Source: Thermoproteota archaeon (GTDB taxonomy: Archaea > Asgardarchaeota > Njordarchaeia > Njordarchaeales > Panguiarchaeaceae). From it: 64,000 nt of DNA. How positions within the stretch are numbered: the stretch's first letter is position 1; every line of letters begins with the position of its first letter. A model generated the notes under the pieces. The model saw nothing but the letters and a program-made list of their open reading frames with translations, searched no databases and was not told the DNA's origin. The stretch is from contig JANJXX010000001.1 of the NCBI GenBank assembly GCA_024720975.1, forward strand, positions 144,970 through 208,969. Reading direction: 5' to 3'. The position numbers were made by a program, and so were the translations under genes. Shown in pieces: positions 16,777-27,253 of the stretch.

Positions 16777-19082
16777 TTCCTCATCAACGCCATGGCAAAA
16801 TATGCTTGGCCTAGAGCTAATCCACCATCGCCTGGTGGTACCCAGCTGTTAATTACTACATCAACACCATTAGCACCATCAATTATACCCTGTATAACAT
16901 AGTCATTCACAGCTGCACCACCAGAGACGAATATCGCTTGAACATTAGCGCTAGAAGTGTATTTTGATGCAATCGAACCCAGTCCGAAGCCCAATAAGTA
17001 TTGGGTTGTCTTTGCGATGTCCTTTGGTTTGAAGTCCCCTGAAACTATAGATTCAAATAAATTACTCACATCTACTACCCACTCATTGCTACTTCTAATC
17101 ACCTTGACATCAATCTCATCAAGAATAGACCCCTCCCTCGAGAATGCCTCTAATTTCATTGCAGGCTCTCCCTCATAAGTTCTTTCAGAACAAATGTTGA
17201 GCAGACTTGACACAGCATCTAGAACCCTACCTAAGCTCGATGTTCTTATTTTTTCCTTCCTCGAAAGTTGGATCATAACTTCCAATTCCCGGGGAGATTT
17301 GAATTTACTGATCAATCCATTTTTCCTGAAAAACTCGGCTATCTCATAATCAGACATAAATGTACTTAGAATACCAACGAGCATTCTAGGGGGATATCTT
17401 GTAGCTAAATCACCACTCGGCATTGGACTATAAGATAAATGACCCACTCTATTCAGGTTCATTATTTCTCCATAAAAAACTTCTCCTCCCCAGACATTTC
17501 CGTCATCACCATAACCAACACCATCAATGGCTATACCAACTATTTTATCGGTCGGGTCAAGGCCTTTCTCTGCTACTACACTGAGGATATGTGCTCTGTG
17601 ATGCTGCAGATAAACTATCTCACTGGAACTCCTTTTAGCCCATTCTTCGGCAAGTCTTCGGGATGCGTATCTTGGATGTTTGTCAGCTACAATTATACCC
17701 TTGCTTGGATCTAAGTTGTAAGACCTCACTAAGAAATTTAGAGCTTCCTCTAGGAACAATAGATTTTCAAGCTCATCGAGGTCACCAACGAATTGAGTAA
17801 GTATTACCTTATCATCGAAGGCTACAGCTCCTGCATTTTGAAGATCCGCACCAAACGCTATTGCTGGCCTTGGTGATTTCATAGGGACTCTTAGCCACCT
17901 TGGGGCATATCCTCGACTTCTCCTTAGGAACACTGGCTTTCCATTTGTAAATCGCAGCACGCTGTCATCTGCCCTATTTACAATCCTTCTATTGTGTAGC
18001 ACTATGTAATCTACTATGGCACTAAGTTTCTTTATTGCTTCATCGTTGGTCCTTACAATTGGCTTTTCGTGATGATTGCCACTAGTCATTATCAGAAACC
18101 TATCCCTTGTAGCTTTAAGGAGAATGTAGTGGATCCCAGAATAAGCTATCATCACTCCGTACTTATCAAGACCTGGTGCTACATACTCTGAGATGGAACT
18201 ATTCTCTCTCTTAGGCAGTAACACAATTGGTCTAGCAGGAGACATAAGCAATTTTGCAGCTTTTTCGTCTATTTCGACGATTTTTGACGCAATCTCTATG
18301 TCCAGTGCCATTAGTGCAAATGGCTTTTGGGGTCGGTTTTTCCTTCTTCTTAACTCAAGTACAACCTCATCATCTGTAGCCAATGCTGCTATATGAAAAC
18401 CGCCTATACCTTTCAAAGCAACTATGCTTCCTTCGTCTATAAGTCTTGCCGCCGTCTTTAAGGGATCCTTATCATCAATCACATTCCCGAATCTATCAAC
18501 TAACCAGAGCTTTGGTCCGCATGTTGGGCACGAAATTCCTTGAGCATGAAAGCGCCTGATATTATCTTTATCTTTATACTCACTTTCACAAAGTTCACAT
18601 AGAGGAAAATCTGACATTGATGTGTTTTCTCGATCATAGGGTATTCTTTCTATTATCGTAAACCTAGGCCCACACCAAGCACATGAATGAAATGGGTATT
18701 CAAAAAAGCGTGATTGAGGGTTCTCAATGTCTTTTAGGCAATGCTCACATATCGCGAAGTCTGGAGGAATCTGGGAGTAAATCTCAGCATCATCTTCACT
18801 TGGTAGAATTTGAAATTCGTCCATACCTTTAGGTTCAGCGCTTGTGATAATGATCTCTTCTATTTCTGCAGGTGGAGGCCTTTCCTCTTTTAAACCCGCT
18901 ATGAAGGAGTTTATATTCTCATGGTTTCCTTCCAGGAATATTTCTACTTCTGAGCCTCCTCTATTCCTAACGTATCCGCGAAGATTGTTCTTCTTAGCTA
19001 GTCTGTAGATGAATGGTCTGAAACCTACTCCTTGAGTTAACCCTATTACTATAAGTTTCTTTGCTAAGGCTATGACGAACAC
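16773..19082 (-). CDS. hypF: carbamoyltransferase HypF
   Basis: 769 aa. An acylphosphatase domain (GLTQGVGFRPFIYRLA), two Zn-finger pairs (CEHC...CAWCGPRF, CELC...CPTCGP), a YrdC-like domain and a Kae1-like domain. Confidence 0.95.
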   Translation of the reverse strand: MFVIALAKKLIVIGLTQGVGFRPFIYRLAKKNNLRGYVRNRGGSEVEIFLEGNHENINSFIAGLKEERPPPAEIEEIIITSAEPKGMDEFQILPSEDDAEIYSQIPPDFAICEHCLKDIENPQSRFFEYPFHSCAWCGPRFTIIERIPYDRENTSMSDFPLCELCESEYKDKDNIRRFHAQGISCPTCGPKLWLVDRFGNVIDDKDPLKTAARLIDEGSIVALKGIGGFHIAALATDDEVVLELRRRKNRPQKPFALMALDIEIASKIVEIDEKAAKLLMSPARPIVLLPKRENSSISEYVAPGLDKYGVMIAYSGIHYILLKATRDRFLIMTSGNHHEKPIVRTNDEAIKKLSAIVDYIVLHNRRIVNRADDSVLRFTNGKPVFLRRSRGYAPRWLRVPMKSPRPAIAFGADLQNAGAVAFDDKVILTQFVGDLDELENLLFLEEALNFLVRSYNLDPSKGIIVADKHPRYASRRLAEEWAKRSSSEIVYLQHHRAHILSVVAEKGLDPTDKIVGIAIDGVGYGDDGNVWGGEVFYGEIMNLNRVGHLSYSPMPSGDLATRYPPRMLVGILSTFMSDYEIAEFFRKNGLISKFKSPRELEVMIQLSRKEKIRTSSLGRVLDAVSSLLNICSERTYEGEPAMKLEAFSREGSILDEIDVKVIRSSNEWVVDVSNLFESIVSGDFKPKDIAKTTQYLLGFGLGSIASKYTSSANVQAIFVSGGAAVNDYVIQGIIDGANGVDVVINSWVPPGDGGLALGQAYFAMALMRK

Positions 19083-20108
19083 CTAGCAGATTCTTGGAGT
19101 AAGCTCTCCTCTTAGTTCTTCGACTATGCGGTATCCACCAACTTCCGTCTCCATTATTACATACCCTGGCCTCTCTTTCCGTACCTCACCTATTATCCGT
19201 GCATCTATGTATCCTGCTGAGTGAAGAGCATCTAAGATGCTCTCGGCTCTCTCAGGATCAACTACTAAGACAACTCTACCTTCACACGCCAGGTAGAGGG
19301 GGTCTATTCCTAGGAGCTCTGAAATGACCCTGACGCTTTCTCTGATGGGTATTTCATCTTCGCGTATCCATATCGAGACGCCACTTTTTTCTGCAATCTC
19401 ATTTAAAGCCATTGCAAGCCCACCTCTTGTTGGATCCTTGGCGGCATGAATTCCACCTATGGCTCGAGCAATCCTCATTATCGGAAGAACCGACGCGCAG
19501 TCAGAGGACAAACCCTCCTTCTCGGGATCTAGTCCGTAACGGTATGCAGTAATAACTGCTCCATGATCACCTATTGGCCCAGAGACTATTACCTTATCTC
19601 CAGGTCTTGCCTTACTATCGAGTATAGGGTCTCCATTGAGAAACCCGATCACAGTTGTAGTTATGATGATTCTGTCCACCTGACCCTCTGGCATTACCTT
19701 AAAGTCCCCTGCAATGACAGTTACATTGTTTTTATTGAATGCATCTAGCATCGATGTTATTATCTTCTCTAAGTCACTTAAGGTAAAGCCCTCCTCAACA
19801 ACAATTGCATCGAGAGCAAAAAGTGGATCTGCACCAATGACAGCTACATCATTTATACTCCCAAATGCTGCTAAAGTTCCAATATTGCCGCCGGGAAAGA
19901 ATATCGGGTCAACTGTTGCAGAATCCGTAGCGATGACTATATGCTCATTATTACCGCTATTTAGTATCACCGCGGCATCATCCATTGCTTCCAAACCTAT
20001 AACGTTCTTAGGTGTTATAACGCTTGAGAACATATACTTTATTAAGTCTTGCATTTCCTTACCGCCAGTACCGTGTGCGAGTGTGATTCTACGGTCGTTC
20101 ATTTTCAT
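19083..20108 (-). CDS. hypE: hydrogenase expression/formation protein HypE
   Basis: 341 aa. PurM-like fold with AHGTGG and the diagnostic C-terminal PRIC motif. It abuts hypF with no spacer. Confidence 0.95.
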   Translation of the reverse strand: MKMNDRRITLAHGTGGKEMQDLIKYMFSSVITPKNVIGLEAMDDAAVILNSGNNEHIVIATDSATVDPIFFPGGNIGTLAAFGSINDVAVIGADPLFALDAIVVEEGFTLSDLEKIITSMLDAFNKNNVTVIAGDFKVMPEGQVDRIIITTTVIGFLNGDPILDSKARPGDKVIVSGPIGDHGAVITAYRYGLDPEKEGLSSDCASVLPIMRIARAIGGIHAAKDPTRGGLAMALNEIAEKSGVSIWIREDEIPIRESVRVISELLGIDPLYLACEGRVVLVVDPERAESILDALHSAGYIDARIIGEVRKERPGYVIMETEVGGYRIVEELRGELTPRIC

Positions 20109-20322
20109 TCACTTGGGTTAGCTCAGAAAGTGTTTTTATTATGCTCTCAAAAGCTTCCTTATCAATCTTACCAATGATTGTTCCGGCGTGAACTATAACA
20201 TAATCTCCCTCTTGAACATCTACTAGAAGGGCATCAACAACACGTCTTACTCCACCAAAATCTACTAGTGCTTCCATGTCGGATAATTTCTTAACAACTA
20301 CACCAGGTATCCCTAAACACAT
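20089..20322 (-). CDS. hypC: hydrogenase assembly chaperone HypC
   Basis: 77 aa starting with MCLGIPG, the essential N-terminal Cys motif. Its end overlaps the hypE start. Confidence 0.9.
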   Translation of the reverse strand: MCLGIPGVVVKKLSDMEALVDFGGVRRVVDALLVDVQEGDYVIVHAGTIIGKIDKEAFESIIKTLSELTQVNENERP

Positions 20323-20458
20323 GCAGGAGCACCAATAAGCTAGAGGTATTGCATCAATAAAAGAGCCAGATATTTGCTCTAGAAATAGTTAATGTTGCAG
20401 CTTTTAGTTATTCGATTCAAAAAACAAAGTAGCTATTGTATTTCAGGTCGTATCGTTA

Positions 20459-23400
20459 CTACTTTTGCTGAACTTTTTCAACGCCAATTTTGACGCTGTA
20501 GTCTTCTATATCCCACTCCTTTACAAAACCAACTGGTTCTCCAAATACGATCTCTGTTGCCCTTGTTTCATTCATTATATAATTCAGGTGACGTTTAATG
20601 AGAGTTAGGAAATCTTCAGGGGCATTTATGTATACTTTGATGAAATCTTCTATGTTTAGGCTCATTTCTTTTCTCATTTGCTGTATCCTTCGCACAACAT
20701 CTTTCGCCAGACCTTCTGCTAACAATTCCTCATCGAGTTCTGTTGTTATTGCAAGATGTCCATACTTAAACTCCACAATTGACAACCCCTCATGTTGCTT
20801 AAGGTTCACTTCTAAATCATCCGGTTCTATGATTACTTCATTACCATGTATCTGGAAAGAATACTTTCCCTCAGTACGCAGGGTCTGAACAATAACTTTT
20901 GGATCGGTCTTGTTTAGAAAGTCAACTATCATCGGAGTTAAGCTCTTATACTTCTTCCCTATGTTTTTGACTTTAGGACTGACCTCGTAATCCTTCTCTA
21001 GCTGTTTTATTATTATATCTTTAGCATTCGCTTGTTGCAATAGTAAAGTTCGTAAACTTTTTATGGTCTCGTGAACTATAGGAACACTTGAGTCAACTAT
21101 AATCATCTTTACGGGCCATCTGGCCTTTATTCCGACTTGTGTTCTTGCTGCACCCACTGCACTCACAATTTCCCTCACAACCTCCATCTTTTCTTCTAGC
21201 TCTTTATTGACGTAATCAATTTTGGGCCAATCTAATAGGAAAACGCTTTCTGGTAGTGACCCGTCGAGTTTGCGCAATAAGTTGAGGTATATATATTCAG
21301 CAATAAACGGAGCGTAAAGTGCGATTAGGGGGAGCACTTTGATAAAGACGTTAAACAATGTGTAATAAGCAACGTTCTTTACGGGATCATCCTTCTCTAT
21401 CCACAACCTCCATCGAATTATTTTACCATACCATCGGCTTAGGTCTTCAGCTATATAATTGAGTATAAGCCTACCTGCCCTTGCAAAATTAAATCTTTCG
21501 AGTTCTTGTTCAACTGATGAAATTAGACTGTTTGTTCTGGAGAGGATCCACTTATCCTCTTCTTGGGCGTATTTTTCGAAGAACTTGTCATTGTAATGCT
21601 TTGGATTAAATTTATCGAGCTCCATGTAAGTTTTGGCCATTATATAAACGTTCCACAATATGTCCAGGATACTATTTACTTCTTTTACGTCATCCCAATT
21701 GAATCTTATGTCCTCCCATGAGGACACTGTAGTTGTTAAGTAAAATCTGAGGGTATCTGCTCCATATTTCTTTATAACCTCTTCTGGCATAACAATGTTA
21801 CCTAGGGACTTTGACATTTTTGCTCCAGCTGCGTCGAGGACAAAACCATGCATCACTACTTTGTTGTAGGGCGGTCTATTGAAAACTATGGTACCTAGTA
21901 CCTGTTGAGCGTAAAACCATTTCATGACCTGGTCCTGTCCCTCTATGATCAGGTTTGCTGGGAAGAATCTCTCAAATTCATCTTTTCTCTTTGGATAATG
22001 CATGCTTGCCCAGGCGCAAACCGCCGAATCAAACCAAACATCTAGGACATCAGGAACTCTTCGCATGTTTCCACCACATTTTGGACACCTTAGGATAACA
22101 GTGTCAATGAATGGCCTGTGGGGATCTATTTTATCCGGGAGTTTGCTTGCAGCGAGTTCTCTTAATTCATCAAAGGATCCTATAACAACCTCATGACCAC
22201 ATTTTTCGCATACCCATAGAGGTATTGGCGCATTCCAATAACGTTGTCTTGATATAACCCAATCACCAACACTAGCTAGACCATCTCTGTATCTCTTTCT
22301 TACCCACTCTGGATACCATTCAACAAACTTTTCATCTCCTTCAATGATCCTATTCTTGATCTTAGAAACTGTTAGAAACATTTGTTTTGTGGCTCTAAAT
22401 AGCAGTGCAGACTTACACCTCCAACAGGTTGGATATCTATGTTTAATCGTGCCGGAGAATACCAGCAGACCTTTTTCTCTCAGTCGTTCAATTATCAACT
22501 TATCAGCATCTTTAACGAAAATTCCCTTCCATATACCTTCTGTGAATTTGCCCTCCTCGTCAACCGGACAATATATTGGAATATTGTATATCTTTCCTAC
22601 CTGCCAATCTTCTTGACCATGCCCCGGGGCTATGTGAACGAACCCTGTACCTTCTGTTGTTCTAACAAATTCGCCCATTACTATGGTATGTGCACGCATG
22701 TACTTACTGTCGAATTCCCTTTGCAGCGGCATCTCTTCGGCTAAGGGATAATTATATTTTATGCCATCGAGCTCGGAACCCTTTCGGAGTTCAACAATTC
22801 TGTATTCTTTTATGCCAATTTCTCCCACTACGGGTTGAACTCTCTCCTCAAGCAGCCAATAGTATTCTATATGTCCATTCACCCTGACTTCCACTTTAGC
22901 GTATTTGAGGTCTGGATGAGCGAGAACTGCCAAGTTTGCCGGTAGTGTCCAGGGTGTAGTTGTCCAGATGAGTATGTATTCATCCTTTTTGTTTGCAATT
23001 GGCAGCTTGACATATATCGATGGATCAACTAACTCTCTATACTCTATCTCATGTTCTGCAAGCGCGGTTTCACAGCGAGGACACCAATGAACGACCTTAA
23101 AATCGCGCGATATTAATCCCAATTCCCATGCTTTCTTGAACGCGAACCACTCGCTTTCAATGTATTCAGGATCAATCGTTCTATACGGCGACTCCCAGTT
23201 CATGAAGACGCCTAATCTTTTGAACTGTTCTTCCATTATCGATAGATTCTTCAGAGCAAGTTTTTTGCACTCTTCTATGAATTTGTCTATACCGAATCTC
23301 TCTATGTCCTTCTTCGTCTTGAATTTGAGTTTTTTCTCGGTCAGCACCTCTATTGGCAGACCATGCATGTCCCAACCAGGTTGAGCTCTGACGTAATAGC

Positions 23401-23617
23401 CCTTAAAGGTCAGGTATTTTATGATTACATCCTTCAAGATCTTATTCCAAGCTGTGCCTAGGTGAATGTAGCCGGAGGTGTATGGGGGACCATCTAGAAA
23501 GTAGAATTCCTTGCCATGGCTCCTATGCTGAAACATCCTGTTATGAATTTTGTGCTCATACCAAAATTTTAAAATTTCCTCCTCGAGCCATGGACCATAT
23601 CTCCTTTGCTCCACCAA
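20459..23617 (-). CDS. ileS: isoleucyl-tRNA synthetase
   Basis: 1052 aa. HIGH-type motif YIHLGTAWNK, KMSKS (KMSKSLGN), a CP1 editing domain, and Zn-binding CPRC/CEKC/CPKC pairs. Confidence 0.97.
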   Translation of the reverse strand: MVEQRRYGPWLEEEILKFWYEHKIHNRMFQHRSHGKEFYFLDGPPYTSGYIHLGTAWNKILKDVIIKYLTFKGYYVRAQPGWDMHGLPIEVLTEKKLKFKTKKDIERFGIDKFIEECKKLALKNLSIMEEQFKRLGVFMNWESPYRTIDPEYIESEWFAFKKAWELGLISRDFKVVHWCPRCETALAEHEIEYRELVDPSIYVKLPIANKKDEYILIWTTTPWTLPANLAVLAHPDLKYAKVEVRVNGHIEYYWLLEERVQPVVGEIGIKEYRIVELRKGSELDGIKYNYPLAEEMPLQREFDSKYMRAHTIVMGEFVRTTEGTGFVHIAPGHGQEDWQVGKIYNIPIYCPVDEEGKFTEGIWKGIFVKDADKLIIERLREKGLLVFSGTIKHRYPTCWRCKSALLFRATKQMFLTVSKIKNRIIEGDEKFVEWYPEWVRKRYRDGLASVGDWVISRQRYWNAPIPLWVCEKCGHEVVIGSFDELRELAASKLPDKIDPHRPFIDTVILRCPKCGGNMRRVPDVLDVWFDSAVCAWASMHYPKRKDEFERFFPANLIIEGQDQVMKWFYAQQVLGTIVFNRPPYNKVVMHGFVLDAAGAKMSKSLGNIVMPEEVIKKYGADTLRFYLTTTVSSWEDIRFNWDDVKEVNSILDILWNVYIMAKTYMELDKFNPKHYNDKFFEKYAQEEDKWILSRTNSLISSVEQELERFNFARAGRLILNYIAEDLSRWYGKIIRWRLWIEKDDPVKNVAYYTLFNVFIKVLPLIALYAPFIAEYIYLNLLRKLDGSLPESVFLLDWPKIDYVNKELEEKMEVVREIVSAVGAARTQVGIKARWPVKMIIVDSSVPIVHETIKSLRTLLLQQANAKDIIIKQLEKDYEVSPKVKNIGKKYKSLTPMIVDFLNKTDPKVIVQTLRTEGKYSFQIHGNEVIIEPDDLEVNLKQHEGLSIVEFKYGHLAITTELDEELLAEGLAKDVVRRIQQMRKEMSLNIEDFIKVYINAPEDFLTLIKRHLNYIMNETRATEIVFGEPVGFVKEWDIEDYSVKIGVEKVQQK

Positions 23618-23801
23618 AACACTTCACCAGAGTGTCGAATAGTATGTTCTGCAAAATAGACCTATTTAATTTTGAGTTGATCGTCAATGACCAGTCGTTA
23701 CGTAATATAAGCCAACTGAGAATATTGTATATCATATAGTTCAAAAAAGACATATTTGATTCTAACCTGCTAATATTGATAGACATGAATGAGGCAGACA
23801 C

Positions 23802-24617
23802 ATGACGGGAAACGAAGCAAAATTTGAGACACTTGAGTACCTAACAACAAGAATACACGGACTTGGTAAAATAACGGCTGAAATATTCGATGAAATCAAA
23901 GCATTGGGTTTAACTAATTTGGTTAGTTATTGCGAGAGCGCAAACTTAAGGTTGGAGGAAATACTTAGCCTCCTTGGATATTACTCACCCCCAATTGGAT
24001 TTCTAGTGCTCCAGTTGAATGCTCCTAGAATTCTGGTTGGTCTTGATTCTGATGACACAGTTGTTGGATTCCTAGAGCCGACTTATATTGCTACGCATCT
24101 TGGAACAAAAATAAGACTGAGAAAAGAGTACACTATGCTCGGCACCAAATTGATCACACATTACGAGCTTATTAACCGCATAGTAGCATCCGCTAAAATT
24201 GGAAGAGAAGTGGCTCTTGTATGCATTGACAAGAAAGACCTCACGATACCGTACGACATAAGACTTCGTGGACTCGCTACATCAATAAGTTATGTTAGTA
24301 TCGATTCCTACAATGTTCAAGAGTTCAATACCATAAAACTGGAAGACTACAAGACAATTCTCATGGAGTACTTACTTATGATTGATTCTCTCATGTCAGG
24401 GTTGAGAAACCGCCTAGCCGGGTTTTTGAGAGATATCACAGACGAGAAAGTCAATCCGGACTTAGAAACAATCATCGACGCTTTCGGAATTTATATCCTT
24501 AATGAGGAATCATTCGTTAGATTCTATATGGACGCATATATTGAACTGAAAGCAGTTAGCGCCGTTTTAAGAGAAACCATTAAACATATTCGGAAGCAAT
24601 TGGCAGGGAAAGCCTAG
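23802..24617 (+). CDS. uncharacterised protein with an N-terminal helix-hairpin-helix-like motif
   Basis: 271 aa. IHGLGKITAEIF fits the hxxhxGhGxxxAxxh HhH pattern. I recognise no family for the remainder. Confidence 0.55.
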   Translation: MTGNEAKFETLEYLTTRIHGLGKITAEIFDEIKALGLTNLVSYCESANLRLEEILSLLGYYSPPIGFLVLQLNAPRILVGLDSDDTVVGFLEPTYIATHLGTKIRLRKEYTMLGTKLITHYELINRIVASAKIGREVALVCIDKKDLTIPYDIRLRGLATSISYVSIDSYNVQEFNTIKLEDYKTILMEYLLMIDSLMSGLRNRLAGFLRDITDEKVNPDLETIIDAFGIYILNEESFVRFYMDAYIELKAVSAVLRETIKHIRKQLAGKA

Positions 24618-24652
24618 AATAAAAAGTTAATTATAGCCTTAACAGGCGATTG

Positions 24653-25294
24653 CTAGGCTGACAAGGCTTCTACGAGCTTTTTTGCGAAGATTGGCATGTC
24701 CTTAATAAAGTTTATTGCCTTTTCAGAATCCGTTCCTCGATACGTAATGTCTATTTTGAGCCGAGAGCTCTCCTGGAATGGTACTAGAACTGGGGATACA
24801 TTTACAACTATGAATTCGTGGGGGGCCGCTGGTATCCCTCTATAGAACGCTACGCCAAGTGGCCTTACATCCTGACCCAAATGGACATTAATTTTATTCA
24901 AGATGGAATCCTTAATTATCCTGCCCGGTAGATTCTCTGCTGCTTTCATTATGTAAATAAGCTCGTAGATACCCGTAATATCGACCTGCACATATTCTAC
25001 GTAATCTCTCATCATGTTTTCGTATATATCATATGCTAGTGCAATTAGCTCAAGAGCATAGTTTAAGTCTTTAGAGTCAACTACGAATCCCTTTCTAGAG
25101 ACAACTATTACATCACGAAGATACTTGGGTTCTGTCATCACATACTCTTTCAGAGGTCCTTCTGGTGTAGGTATTATGCGCTCGCTTTCCCTGAATTTTC
25201 TTTCAAGGAGTTTTGCCCTAAAACGCTCAAAGTTAAGTTCTGGGCCCATTCTTATTATGTGCTTATATATTATTGCCACGCGCTCAATCATCAC
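24653..25294 (-). CDS. uncharacterised protein
   Basis: 213 aa with ordinary globular composition and no recognisable motif. It is the last gene of the long minus-strand block. Confidence 0.55.
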   Translation of the reverse strand: MMIERVAIIYKHIIRMGPELNFERFRAKLLERKFRESERIIPTPEGPLKEYVMTEPKYLRDVIVVSRKGFVVDSKDLNYALELIALAYDIYENMMRDYVEYVQVDITGIYELIYIMKAAENLPGRIIKDSILNKINVHLGQDVRPLGVAFYRGIPAAPHEFIVVNVSPVLVPFQESSRLKIDITYRGTDSEKAINFIKDMPIFAKKLVEALSA

Positions 25295-25359
25295 ATACCA
25301 CTCTGCAATTTATCTGGGGAAATTTAGTCTCGGAGAATCCTACATTCCCTGCTAATTGT

Positions 25360-26409
25360 TTAAAGCTCGCTTTGAAACACATTAGATAAAATCTTCTTAT
25401 TAATGTTCAGGTAGAGGACACAACCAAACTCCATACTGAGTAGCTTGAAGACTTCTAAAAGAAATTCTGGGAGCATTTCTATTGACAACTTAGCACCTGC
25501 TGCGCATTTGTGTCCGCCTCCACCGAAGAGACTTAGAAATTGACCAGCATTAATATTTGCTTTCCTCACTCTCATCGATATTCTCGCTGACTGCTTGCCT
25601 ATATCAGTAGCTAAAGACGGGCAGTATATATCATTTTCATGAATGGTATTTATCAGTACTATTGCTTGTCCTCCAGCCTCTAGAAAATCATGGAGGATAT
25701 CATTAATGCATACTCTCGGAATACCAGACTCTACGTGAAGCACAACAGCCCTACTATCTCGCTTTTTAATAGTCTCATCGATAATATAACTAGAGAACTT
25801 ACTACATTTTTCGAGAAGAGGTTCAAGCCTAGACACCTGACTCCTAAGCCAGAAATCTTTGAGGAACTCGTCTCCATACTTAGCTATTGCAAGTGCGATT
25901 TTCATGAGAGCATCTGGATCCCTGGAATGACACTTGATTACTTTGTCAATCAAGTAAATCTCTTCCGTAAACTCATTTAGGTCCGCTAGGTTTGCAATGT
26001 TGGTGATTTTTCTTATGTGATCGTCGTTCTCCAGATTGAAATATTTAGCTAGTAACTCCGTTGCTGAAGGTGCATTTGGATCCACAAGATCCTTCTCCTC
26101 CAGCAGATTATACTTAGAAAGATACTCATAATTGGTCTCATGATGATCTATGTTTATAGCATTTCCAATTTTGGGTAAGTCCACGACGAGGTCATATATA
26201 GCTGGCGCTTTTTTAGCCTCAGTAACCGACAGGAAGTCTATCTTTATTGATTGCGAGAGTAGTAGAAGAATTGCAGCTGAACAAATTCCATCTAAGTCGC
26301 CGGAGTGAACAGCCACTCTTTTTATGTTTTCTAGTATCCTTCTGGCTTTTTCGCTGACAATAACACGCGGTATTGATTCCGGCTCTATCTGATCACACAT
26401 ACTCGACAC
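25360..26409 (-). CDS. DHH/DHHA1 family phosphoesterase (NrnA/RecJ-like)
   Basis: 349 aa. DHH motifs HSGDLDG, IDHHE and NLADLN, and the DHHA1 motif GGGGHKCAAG. Confidence 0.85.
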   Translation of the reverse strand: MSSMCDQIEPESIPRVIVSEKARRILENIKRVAVHSGDLDGICSAAILLLLSQSIKIDFLSVTEAKKAPAIYDLVVDLPKIGNAINIDHHETNYEYLSKYNLLEEKDLVDPNAPSATELLAKYFNLENDDHIRKITNIANLADLNEFTEEIYLIDKVIKCHSRDPDALMKIALAIAKYGDEFLKDFWLRSQVSRLEPLLEKCSKFSSYIIDETIKKRDSRAVVLHVESGIPRVCINDILHDFLEAGGQAIVLINTIHENDIYCPSLATDIGKQSARISMRVRKANINAGQFLSLFGGGGHKCAAGAKLSIEMLPEFLLEVFKLLSMEFGCVLYLNINKKILSNVFQSEL

Positions 26410-26422
26410 AAAAGATAGATAA

Positions 26423-27115
26423 CTAGAATTCGTACTTTTCTCCAGGCTTTAAAACTACAAGCCTTGTTGAAACACCTAGCGTTTTTAAGTATTTTTCAAA
26501 CTCCTCCGGCGATCCAGATATTACAGGGAAAGTACCATAATGCATAGGAATAACAACTTTGGGGTTTATCATTTTCGTTGCCCATGCCGCCTCATACGGA
26601 CCCATCGTAAAATGTCCGCCAATAGGTAATAGGGCTATATCAATGCTATACATCTTTCCTATGAGTTCCATTGTTGCAAATACGCCTGTATCGCCTGCAT
26701 GGTAAATGGAAGCCTCGGAGCCCCTAATAATAACACCAGTAGGACTACCAGCAGTTGAAGAATGCACAGCGGGTGTTAATATAATCGTCAGATCCTTTGC
26801 CTTTATCGGGCCTCCAATGTTTGCTCCAATACTATCAATTCCCTGCCCACGCATTTCATTTGCTAATTCAAATGTTGTCACCACGGAGGAATTAAATTTC
26901 TTTGCTATTTCTACGGTTTCTCCCAAGTGGTCATTGTGGTCATGAGTCACGATTATTAGATCTATCTTTGGTAGTTCGTTTATATATTTGAGTGGAGACT
27001 TAGGATTTTTTATCCAGGGATCTATGAGAACTACTTTATCATCCACTTTTATCTCAAACGCCGCATGACCATACCACTTCACGTAACCCATACTTCCATC
27101 ACCATCACTACTCAT
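26423..27115 (-). CDS. metallo-beta-lactamase fold hydrolase (UPF0173-like)
   Basis: 230 aa. HxHxDH motif as THDHNDH, plus downstream His/Asp ligands (HAGDTG, PMHYGTF). Confidence 0.85.
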   Translation of the reverse strand: MSSDGDGSMGYVKWYGHAAFEIKVDDKVVLIDPWIKNPKSPLKYINELPKIDLIIVTHDHNDHLGETVEIAKKFNSSVVTTFELANEMRGQGIDSIGANIGGPIKAKDLTIILTPAVHSSTAGSPTGVIIRGSEASIYHAGDTGVFATMELIGKMYSIDIALLPIGGHFTMGPYEAAWATKMINPKVVIPMHYGTFPVISGSPEEFEKYLKTLGVSTRLVVLKPGEKYEF

Positions 27116-27253
27116 TTTATTTAGTATATAACTCGGGAAGTGGTCAACAACATTAGTCTCCGTTCATACAAGAAATCTCTCAACTGACTAAAAAGACGAT
27201 AGCAAGAACATGCTAAAAAAGAATCATATAATCATTCGGAAGATTAGAAAGAA

